Assembly: GCA_041694835.1 (NCBI GenBank)
Contig: JBGFRZ010000054.1
Coordinates: forward strand, 1 to 63,083
Length of the DNA: 63,083 bases
Direction: 5' to 3'
Source of the DNA: Ignavibacteria bacterium
GTDB lineage: Bacteria > Elusimicrobiota > Endomicrobiia > PHAN01
Shown: positions 18,250-25,294 of the stretch, piece by piece
Layout: each line of letters starts with the position of its first letter
How positions within the stretch are numbered: the stretch's first letter is position 1
Notes under the pieces: generated by a model
What the model was told of the DNA's origin: nothing
Databases searched by the model: none
The model's input: only the letters and a program-made list of their open reading frames with translations
Position numbers and translations under genes: made by a program

Positions 18250-18588
18250 ATGAAAATTATAAATAAACAAATCACAAGAAACGAACTCAAAGAAATGGCA
18301 CAAAGCACTTTTGGAAATTTTGTAAAGGCAGTTATTGATGTTGAAAAAGAAATAATGGGAATCGACGCTGAATTGCACGCAGACGAAGAATCGCTGCTTT
18401 TGGAAAATGGTTCAAAGCAAGAAAATCTGTGGGGGCTCAACTTGTATCCTGAGAAAGAGGGAAGTGATTTTGTAGAATTTGATTCGGCGATTAACTTGAG
18501 ACCTGCAGGTGGAAATAAAAGCCGAGGGGTGGATAGTCCTGAAATCCGCAAAAAAATTATTGAAATAATTCATAAATTGATAGAATAG
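18250..18588 (+). CDS. DUF5674-like small protein
   Basis: VIDVEKEIMGIDAELHADEE...NLWGLNLYPE...INLRPAGGNKSRGV matches my memory of the DUF5674 family. Not verified by search. Confidence 0.6.
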   Translation: MKIINKQITRNELKEMAQSTFGNFVKAVIDVEKEIMGIDAELHADEESLLLENGSKQENLWGLNLYPEKEGSDFVEFDSAINLRPAGGNKSRGVDSPEIRKKIIEIIHKLIE

Positions 18589-18595
18589 ATAAGTT

Positions 18596-19107
18596 GGACG
18601 CAGATAACGCAGATTGACAGGATTACAAACACAAAAAGATAATTCGGGCTGATTCGTGTTCATTTGTGGTTAAATTATAGTTTTGTAATTTCCATGATTT
18701 CCGTGGCAAAGTTTTTAATTTACTATGGATTCCCGATTACTGTATTCGGGAATGACACTTTGTGTCATCTGCGAAAATCTGCGTCCTAAAAAACTAATTG
18801 GACGCGGATAAACGCAGAAACAACTTTGATAAACGCAGATTAAAGCAACTATAAACTCATCTGCGAAAGTCTGTGTCCTAAAAAGCTAATTGAACGCAGA
18901 TGAACGCAGAAAAAACGGAATTAAGAATCAAGTTTTTTTTCTTAATTCTCACCACTTAATCCGAGTGGTTAAGAGGTTTTTTATCTGCATTCATCCTGTA
19001 AATCTGCGTCCTAAAATTCATTAGGAACATTTCTAATGGGACGCGGTTGAACGCAGAAAAAACAGGATTTAAGAATTGTCTGCGTCAATCTTGTTAAATC
19101 TGCGTCC
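18596..19107. repeat. Array of four consecutive acgcaga-word hairpin units
   Basis: Each unit starts (g/t)g(g/a)acgc(a/g)g... and ends ...tctg(c/t)gtcctaa. 18767-18840 matches the reverse complement of 59655-59727, and 19000-19084 matches 7463-7548. Confidence 0.9.
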
Positions 19108-19116
19108 TAACATAAT

Positions 19117-19449
19117 ATGAAGTATCAACATAAAAATTTGGCGTTGGGCAGGTGGAACACTTTAACGCTTTCAGAACAAATGGCTAACATCGGCTCGGAA
19201 GTAATCCGTGCTTTGAAGTGGCTTAAAAAAGGCGACAGAGAATACTCTCAACTTGCTTCTGATAGGGCGTTGGAGTTGTTTGATTTGACACTGTCCGATG
19301 GGAAAAACCGGAAAAGATTGAAAGAAATCGCTCGGATGAGAGAAATCGTCGTTGAATTTTTTTACGGAAAAAATCAATACGACTACACCGCTGAGAGTTT
19401 AGAAAATTACTTTTTTGCATTCAATTATTACATCGCAGTAAATAGGTAA
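19117..19449 (+). CDS. Hypothetical small helical protein
   Basis: A clean 110-aa ORF bracketed by hairpin units. I cannot assign a family with confidence. Confidence 0.5.
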   Translation: MKYQHKNLALGRWNTLTLSEQMANIGSEVIRALKWLKKGDREYSQLASDRALELFDLTLSDGKNRKRLKEIARMREIVVEFFYGKNQYDYTAESLENYFFAFNYYIAVNR

Positions 19450-19938
19450 AGGCAGAGATAAAGATAGAGGTAAAGATGGATGGGTGTGTAAAATCAACTT
19501 ACAAAACTTTTAAAGAAATGACTGTTTGGCGGGATGCTATGAATGTTGCCGAGCATATTCACAAACTTACAGAAAATCTACCAAAAAAAGAAGATTATGG
19601 ATTTACATCGCAAATCCGTCGAGCCGCTTTGAGCATATCAGCCAATATAGCGGAAGCGTATGGCAGAAATCATATTTCCGACAAAATCAATTTTTATTAC
19701 TTTGCAAGGGGTTCTATAACGGAAACACAAAGCCATGTTGAGTATGGCAAAAGAGTTGGCTATATTGAAAAACAAGTTGCAGAATCAATTGACAAAACAC
19801 TGAGTGCTCTCTACAACAACATCAACAAAATCGTGGTAACGCTTAAGAAAACAGGTAAAGAAAATAGGTAGAGGTAGAGAAAAAACAAGTATAAGGTAGA
19901 AGTAGAGCTTATCTTTATCTTTACCTTTACCTTTATCT
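19445..19938 (+). mobile_element. IVS-like cassette: four-helix-bundle gene flanked by complementary ggtaaag / ctttacc word arms
   Basis: Left arm ggtaaaggcagagataaagatagaggtaaag (19445-19475). Right arm cttatctttatctttacctttacctttatct (about 19908-19938), plus a local ggtagaggtagag...ggtagaagtagag block. Confidence 0.6.
19476..19871 (+). CDS. Four-helix-bundle protein (23S rRNA intervening-sequence protein / Avd family)
   Basis: FKEMTVWRDAMNVAEHIHKLTENLPKKEDYGFTSQIRRAALSISANIAEAYGR...FYYFARGSITETQSH is the family signature as I remember it (PF05635-like). Confidence 0.85.
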   Translation: MDGCVKSTYKTFKEMTVWRDAMNVAEHIHKLTENLPKKEDYGFTSQIRRAALSISANIAEAYGRNHISDKINFYYFARGSITETQSHVEYGKRVGYIEKQVAESIDKTLSALYNNINKIVVTLKKTGKENR

Positions 19939-19945
19939 AATATCT

Positions 19946-20968
19946 ATGTCTTCAAAAATTTTAATCACCGGCGGGGCGGGATTTATCGGCTCTCACTTGT
20001 GCGATTATTTTATAGCAAAAAAACATGAAGTCATCGCGGTGGATAATTTGATAACGGGCGACATAAGAAACATCGAACATTTGTTCGGGCATCCAAAATT
20101 TCGGTTTGTAAAATACAATGTGACAAACTATCTCCATGCTCCGGGAAAAATAGACGCTGTCCTTCATTTCGCATCTCCCGCCAGCCCCGTGGATTATTTG
20201 AAATATCCAATACCCACACTTAAAGTCGGAGCGCTTGGCACTCACACCACTTTGGGATTGGCGAAAGAAAAAAAAGCAATTTTTATGCTTGCCTCAACCA
20301 GCGAGGTCTACGGCGACCCGATGATTTCGCCTCAAAAAGAGGGATATTGGGGCAATGTAAATCCGATTGGAGTTCGCGGTTGTTACGACGAAGCAAAAAG
20401 ATTCGCGGAAGCAATGACGATGGCATATCACAGATACCACGGGCTTGACACAAGGATAGTTAGAATTTTTAACACATACGGACCGAGGATGCGTCTAAAC
20501 GACGGCCGGGTCGTTCCGAATTTTATATATCAAGCGCTAAATAAAAAACCGCTCACCGTCTACGGCGACGGCACCCAAACGAGAAGTTTTTGCTATGTTT
20601 CTGACCTTGTCGAAGGCATATATAAACTTTTATTGTCAAAAGTAAATGAACCAGTCAACCTCGGCAATCCGACGGAACTCTCAATAAATGAATTCGCAAA
20701 GGTAATTGCCAAATTGACAAATTGCAAATCAAAAATTATAAACAAGCCGTTGCCACAAGATGACCCCAAACGGCGATGTCCCGACATAACAAAAGCGAAA
20801 AAATTGCTCAAATGGTCGCCTAAAATAAATCTTGAAGATGGACTCAAAAAAACCATAGAGTATTTCAATACAACAGGTATAATAAGAGCACAAGGCACAA
20901 GTCAGAGGTCAGAGGTCAGAGGTCAGAAATTAGAGCACAAGTGCACAAGGGCACAAGTTTTGACTTAA
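19946..20968 (+). CDS. uxs: UDP-glucuronate decarboxylase (UDP-xylose synthase)
   Basis: [27 protein letters not shown] and IFNTYGP. The last ~30 codons (from about 20880) are read out of the gcacaag / gtcagag repeat. Confidence 0.88.
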   Translation: MSSKILITGGAGFIGSHLCDYFIAKKHEVIAVDNLITGDIRNIEHLFGHPKFRFVKYNVTNYLHAPGKIDAVLHFASPASPVDYLKYPIPTLKVGALGTHTTLGLAKEKKAIFMLASTSEVYGDPMISPQKEGYWGNVNPIGVRGCYDEAKRFAEAMTMAYHRYHGLDTRIVRIFNTYGPRMRLNDGRVVPNFIYQALNKKPLTVYGDGTQTRSFCYVSDLVEGIYKLLLSKVNEPVNLGNPTELSINEFAKVIAKLTNCKSKIINKPLPQDDPKRRCPDITKAKKLLKWSPKINLEDGLKKTIEYFNTTGIIRAQGTSQRSEVRGQKLEHKCTRAQVLT

Positions 20969-20998
20969 GCACTTAAGCACTTATGCTCTTATGCACTA
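20882..20998. repeat. gcacaag-word hairpin containing gtcagag x3.5 tandem heptamer
   Basis: ataagagcacaaggcacaag, gtcagag x3 (20901-20921), then agagcacaagtgcacaagggcacaagttttgacttaagcacttaagcacttatgctcttat. Confidence 0.8.
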
Positions 20999-21015
20999 AT
21001 GTCAGGAGGAATTTT

Positions 21016-21705
21016 ATGGAAAACACACCGATGTATTACGAAGACGAGATTTCGTTGGACGAGTTAATCGCGCCGCTCAAAAAAAGATGGAAGACGATTC
21101 TATTGTTCAGCACTATTGTGGCGGTCATTGCGGCCGTTTACTCGCTTTTTCTGCCGAGGATTTATGAAGCAAAAAGTTACATCAAAATCGGCACAGATGG
21201 AGGCAGGGCTTTTGAAAGTATTGGCCAAATAAAGACGATAATGTCTTCACATCCATCTCTTGTGGCGATAGCGAAAGAACTCAACATCAAGCCAACAAGA
21301 AAAAACATCCGGGATTTAAAAAGAAAAATAAAGTACGCAGGTAAAGCGGAATTGCTTGAAATAACGGTTGAAGGTTTATCGCCGGAAAGTGCCATTAAAA
21401 CCGCTGAAATTATATCTAATATGATTTTGAAAAGACATGAAAAATTTTACGGATCGGCGCAAAAAAATATTTTAAATGCATTAGAAATTATAAAAGATTA
21501 TGTTAGACCGATCCCCATATCCACAGGAACATCCGAATTTAAAATAATTCCGACTGAGATTGAAATTAAACCACACAGCGACGGCATCCCCGTAAAAGGC
21601 AATCGCATCCAAATAGTAATTATCTCCTTTATAATAGGGGCAGTGCTCTCAACGCTCTATTCATACTGGCTCGAGAGAAAAAAAGGGTACAAACAAAATG
21701 TCTAA
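21016..21705 (+). CDS. wzz: Short Wzz-like chain-length determinant
   Basis: N-terminal Wzz motif EDEISLDELIAPLKKRWKTILLFSTIVAVIAAVYSLFLPRIYEA and a C-terminal TM segment. RBS aggagga precedes ATG 21016. Confidence 0.7.
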   Translation: MENTPMYYEDEISLDELIAPLKKRWKTILLFSTIVAVIAAVYSLFLPRIYEAKSYIKIGTDGGRAFESIGQIKTIMSSHPSLVAIAKELNIKPTRKNIRDLKRKIKYAGKAELLEITVEGLSPESAIKTAEIISNMILKRHEKFYGSAQKNILNALEIIKDYVRPIPISTGTSEFKIIPTEIEIKPHSDGIPVKGNRIQIVIISFIIGAVLSTLYSYWLERKKGYKQNV

Positions 21706-22074
21706 TCAAGAATATGGAGAAGACGAAATAAATCTGCGCAACTATATCATGGTGATGCTAAAGAGGAAGAAACTTATACTGGCGGTATTCTTTGGAACAC
21801 TAATCACTGCTGCCATTGCCAGCTTGTTGATGCCTGGGGTATATCAAGCGACTGCATCCATAATGATTCTGCCTTCGCGGATGCGGACTGCTCTCTCTCC
21901 TAGAGAGATTTCCCTGGATATATCAGGATTGTCTCTCTCGCTTTTGTGCCGCAAGAACCTATAAGTCCAAACATTGGAAAAAATATTGCTATTGCCGGCT
22001 TGCTTGGTTTAATGTTTGGCACTTTTTCAGCATTCCTTGTAGAATATATGAGAACGTTGAAAAACCCTCTTTAG
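21698..22074 (+). pseudogene. Second Wzz-like gene, internally deleted and frameshifted
   Basis: The N-terminal piece EDEINLRNYIMVMLKRKKLILAVFFGTL...GVYQATASI stops at 21964. The C-terminal TM piece PISPNIGKNIAIAGLLGLMFGTFSAFLVEYMRTLKNPL is in another frame and ends at 22074. The periplasmic domain is missing. Confidence 0.7.
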
Positions 22075-22146
22075 TTCTTTGAAATAATTCTCGTCGGTAA
22101 ATCCGACGATAAAACATTTGCATTTTCTCTCCGGAATTGCTATAAT
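22048..22146 (+). repeat. 99-nt repeat, copy 1 (98/99 identical to 62871-62969)
   Basis: atgaga(a/g)cgttgaaaaaccctctttagttctttgaaataattctcgtcggtaaatccgacgataaaacatttgcattttctctccggaattgctataat. Confidence 0.9.
22118..22146 (+). promoter_or_regulatory. Near-consensus sigma70-type promoter TTGCAT-N17-TATAAT inside the 99-nt repeat
   Basis: ttgcat at 22118-22123, a 17-nt spacer, and tataat at 22141-22146. It is followed by aggagg and ATG 22184. Confidence 0.5.
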
Positions 22147-22183
22147 ATTTCTGACGAAAACAAATAGAATTCAGGAGGACAAA

Positions 22184-22430
22184 ATGTATAAAGAACAATC
22201 AAAACAAACAAGTTTCTTCGGGAACATGATTTATGAACAAGTCGTTCCCCCAACCATTTTTCAAGGTTGTTGTAATGAACTCTGTAGAGACCTATACTGT
22301 TTTGCAGAAGGTTGCAAATATATTTTATAATCGTTCCGACGAACAGCATCAAAAAAAAAGTGTTTATAGCCGTTTTTCAGTTCGAATGACTCCGTGGGGC
22401 AGTAATCGGGGAGAAACAATCCTCCACTAA
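22184..22430 (+). pseudogene. Transposase N-terminal remnant (DUF772 / IS5-IS1182-like), frameshifted
   Basis: MYKEQSKQTSFFGNMIYEQVVP, then (P)NHFSRLL in a shifted frame, which resembles the IP.DH.LR motif. There is no catalytic domain downstream. Confidence 0.4.
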
Positions 22431-22631
22431 AGAGGTTGTCCGACAACCCGCTTTTTTGTCATTCTGAGCCCCGCACCTTTTTATGTCATTGTGAGCCTTA
22501 GCGAAACAATCTCGTTTCTAAAAAGGTGTGGGGTAAACTCCGTGAAGAATCTCGTTTCCGACGATAGCATTTCAGAGATTCTTCGGGCTTCGCCCTCAGA
22601 ATGACATTGTCGGACAGCCACTAAAGTGGAG
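22422..22631. repeat. Long hairpin with nested inner hairpin
   Basis: ctccactaaagaggttgtccgacaa / ttgtcggacagccactaaagtggag, and gtcattctgag / ctcagaatgac. The inner hairpin is gaagaatctc...gagattcttc. Confidence 0.8.
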
Positions 22632-22740
22632 ACTCCAAATTGAGGACAATTATTCTCATGCCAAAGGCAGATCCGCCTCTGGCGGAAAATTCCTATACAG
22701 GAACATTTATGAAAAAGTTCTGACAAATATGAGGTGAGAA

Positions 22741-23520
22741 ATGAAAATAGTCATACTTTGTGGCGGGTTAGGCGCACGACTTCGTGAAGAAACGGAGTTT
22801 CGTCCCAAACCAATGGTGGAAGTTGGTGGCAAACCGATTCTCTGGCATATTATGAAGATTTATGCTCATTATGGATTCAAAGATTTCATCCTCTGCCTCG
22901 GGTATAAAGGGGAGATGATTAAAGAGTATTTTTACAATTATGAAATTCTAAATAATGATTTTACAGTGGAACTTGGAAACCATAAGAGTATAGAAATCCA
23001 CAGTGGCCATGGTGAAAAAGGCTGGCGTATTACATTAGCCGATACCGGAGATAAAGCACTGAAAGGTGCTAGATTAAAAAGGATAGAAAAATACATTGAT
23101 GGCGGACAATTTATGGTTACTTATGGGGATGGTGTAGCGGATATTGATATAAATGATTTATTAAAATTTCACCAATCACACGGTAAATTGGCTACCCTGA
23201 CCGGTGTCCGTCCGCTTTCCCGTTTTGGAGAGTTTACCGTAAAAGGTAAGCAAGTTATACAATTTACCGAAAAACCTCAGAGTGCCGGTGGCCTTATAAA
23301 TGGAGGGTTTTTCGTCTTTAACCGTAAAATTTTCGATTACCTTGAGAATAAAGACGACTGTGATTTAGAGTATGGAGCTTTAGAAGAGGTTGCTTTGGAA
23401 GGTCAATTAATGGTTTATGAACATGATAGATTCTGGTATTGCATGGATACTATTCGGGATATGGATTATTTAAACAAGCTATGGACCCGAGGAAAGGCGC
23501 CATGGAGGGGATGGAAGTAG
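22741..23520 (+). CDS. rfbF: Glucose-1-phosphate cytidylyltransferase
   Basis: MKIVILCGGLGARLREETEFRPKPMVEVGGKPILWHIMKIY is the RfbF/DdhA signature. Confidence 0.9.
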   Translation: MKIVILCGGLGARLREETEFRPKPMVEVGGKPILWHIMKIYAHYGFKDFILCLGYKGEMIKEYFYNYEILNNDFTVELGNHKSIEIHSGHGEKGWRITLADTGDKALKGARLKRIEKYIDGGQFMVTYGDGVADIDINDLLKFHQSHGKLATLTGVRPLSRFGEFTVKGKQVIQFTEKPQSAGGLINGGFFVFNRKIFDYLENKDDCDLEYGALEEVALEGQLMVYEHDRFWYCMDTIRDMDYLNKLWTRGKAPWRGWK

Positions 23521-23522
23521 AA

Positions 23523-23967
23523 GATTAGAGGGTTGGAAGGTTGGAGGGTTAGTAATTGGCAAAGAATCTCTATAAAGATCTTGTTATATGGCAAAAAAGC
23601 ATTGAACTGATCAAGAACGTTTATAAAATAGCTGAATCTCTCCCCAAGTCTGAAGAATTCAACTTAAAACAACAATTAAAACGGTCTGTCGTTTCTGTAG
23701 CGTTAAACATTGCAGAAGGCAAGAATAGACGGACATCAAAAGATTTTGCAAATTTTCTAACTATGTCGGCGGCATCACTTGCCGAAGTTGAAGCTATTAT
23801 ATCAATCTGCAAAGAATTAAATTATCTGCAGGATGTTGACAGTATTTATAAAGACATAGAAAACCTGGGAAAGATGATCAATTCATTCAAGAGCAATCTA
23901 CTTGCAAGGAGTATGTAAATGACAATCCAATCTTCCAACCCTCTAACCCTCCAACCCTCAAACCCTC
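23523..23967 (+). mobile_element. IVS-like cassette: four-helix-bundle gene flanked by complementary ggttgga / ccaaccctc word arms
   Basis: Left arm gattagagggttggaaggttggagggttag (23523-23552). Right arm atccaatcttccaaccctctaaccctccaaccctcaaaccctc (23925-23967). Confidence 0.65.
23556..23918 (+). CDS. Four-helix-bundle protein (23S rRNA intervening-sequence protein / Avd family)
   Basis: YKDLVIWQKSIELIKNVYKIAESLPKSEEFNLKQQLKRSVVSVALNIAEGKNRRTSKDFANFL. TTG start as given in the track. Confidence 0.85.
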   Translation: MAKNLYKDLVIWQKSIELIKNVYKIAESLPKSEEFNLKQQLKRSVVSVALNIAEGKNRRTSKDFANFLTMSAASLAEVEAIISICKELNYLQDVDSIYKDIENLGKMINSFKSNLLARSM

Positions 23968-24167
23968 TTTTTTCAAGGGTAAACGGGTTTTTATCACAGG
24001 CCATACAGGATTTAAAGGTTCATGGCGAAGGCTTCCGCGATTTTATTATCAGGGAAGACCTTCCTGGTTTTATCAATCTTGCAGGAATAGAGTCCCCTGG
24101 TCTTACTGCAGCGCCTGCTATTGCCAAGTATGTCAAGAAAATGCTTAACGGAAGGAGCAATTTATGA
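23966..24167 (+). pseudogene. Chimeric remnant: ~20 codons of CDP-glucose 4,6-dehydratase N-terminus joined to the C-terminal tail of an FAD-dependent oxidoreductase
   Basis: One frame reads [19 protein letters not shown] (23969-24026). The other reads [40 protein letters not shown] (24027-24167). The track ORF 23919..24167 merges repeat arm plus fragments. Confidence 0.7.
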
Positions 24168-25255
24168 AGATATTAATTACGGGTAATATGGGTTATATTG
24201 GACCCTCTGTAGTTCGGAGGCTGAAGGCATCTTATCCTGACTCAACACTCATTGGTTTTGATATGGGTTATTTTGCAAATTGTTTGACAAATGAAGAGAT
24301 ACTTCCTGAGTGCAACGTTGATCTGCAATACTTTGCAGATATCAGAAAATGCCAGAGAGAATTGCTGACAGGGGTAGATGCGATTGTCCACCTCGCTGCC
24401 ATATCAAATGATCCCATGGGGAACACCTTTGAAGATGTAACGCATGATATTAATTACCGTTCAAGTATTGAGCTGGCAAAAAAAGCGAAAGAGGCAGGGG
24501 TAAAGAGGTTTGTTTATGCCTCCAGTTGCAGTATGTATGGTTTTGCTGATGATGCCCCGAGAACCGAGGCATCTCCACTTAATCCTCTTACTGCCTACGC
24601 TAAATCCAAAGTCTTTACTGAGAGAGACCTGCAAAAGATAGCAGATAAGGAATTTGTTGTGACAAGCCTGAGGTTTGCAACAGCCTGCGGAATGAGCGAA
24701 CGCTTAAGACTGGATTTGGTGTTAAATGATTTTGTGGCATGTGCAGTTTCTTCAAAAAAGATTACCATCCTAAGCGACGGAACACCGTGGAGGCCGTTAA
24801 TAAATATAAAAGATATGGCGAGGGCGGTTGATTGGGCAATAAGGAGGCAATCGGCTGACGGGGGAGAATATGTGGCTGTCAATACAGGCAGCAATGACTG
24901 GAACTGTCAGGTAAAAGATTTGGCAGAGGCTGTAGCAAGTGTTATCCCTGGCGTTGACATCTCAATAAATAAAAATGCCCAACCAGATAAACGATCCTAT
25001 AAAGTAAGTTTTGACCTTTACAGGCAATTGGCTCCTGATTATCAACCCAAGGTTGACTTAATAACAAGCATCGTGGAATTAAAGGATGGTCTTGAGGCAA
25101 TGAATTTTAATAATCCGGATTTTAGAAACTCAAAGTTTATAAGGTTAAAAGTTTTAACAAACCTAAAAGGCAAAGGCCTGCTGAATGAAAACCTTGAGTG
25201 GGATATAGCGGGGTATAAAGAAAATAAGGACTTAAGACAGATTTGCCTTGATTAA
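24164..25255 (+). CDS. NAD-dependent epimerase/dehydratase family protein (extended SDR), specificity unknown
   Basis: [12 protein letters not shown] and YAKSK. 363 aa. Confidence 0.7.
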   Translation: MKILITGNMGYIGPSVVRRLKASYPDSTLIGFDMGYFANCLTNEEILPECNVDLQYFADIRKCQRELLTGVDAIVHLAAISNDPMGNTFEDVTHDINYRSSIELAKKAKEAGVKRFVYASSCSMYGFADDAPRTEASPLNPLTAYAKSKVFTERDLQKIADKEFVVTSLRFATACGMSERLRLDLVLNDFVACAVSSKKITILSDGTPWRPLINIKDMARAVDWAIRRQSADGGEYVAVNTGSNDWNCQVKDLAEAVASVIPGVDISINKNAQPDKRSYKVSFDLYRQLAPDYQPKVDLITSIVELKDGLEAMNFNNPDFRNSKFIRLKVLTNLKGKGLLNENLEWDIAGYKENKDLRQICLD

Positions 25256-25294
25256 ATCAAAGAGTGTTCCGAGTATTGAGTGGAGGTGTAAAGG

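Noticed and set aside
18596-19107. Possible CRISPR array, because of many short reiterated motifs (acgcaga...) in a 0.5-kb non-coding stretch.
   Set aside because: - There is no constant-length repeat separated by unique spacers of constant length.
- The reiterated words sit in mutually complementary arms (hairpins).
- No cas genes are in the window.
19476-19871. Diversity-generating retroelement, because Avd-family proteins accompany DGRs.
   Set aside because: - No reverse-transcriptase ORF exists anywhere in the 63 kb.
- I could find no template/variable repeat pair with adenine-specific differences.
- The flanking repeats are inverted simple-word arms.
18133-19945. Integron cassette array (small ORFs each followed by imperfect palindromes).
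   Set aside because: - No intI is present.
- I did not see the attC core sites (RYYYAAC ... GTTRRRY) at unit borders.
- Several palindromes occur in tandem without ORFs.
- The idea is kept only as an analogy.
24164-25255. The 363-aa SDR as a functional replacement for the lost CDP-glucose 4,6-dehydratase.
   Set aside because: - Its N-terminus ([12 protein letters not shown]) and overall pattern do not resemble RfbG ([10 protein letters not shown]).
- It looks like a generic epimerase/dehydratase.
- I cannot decide without a search.
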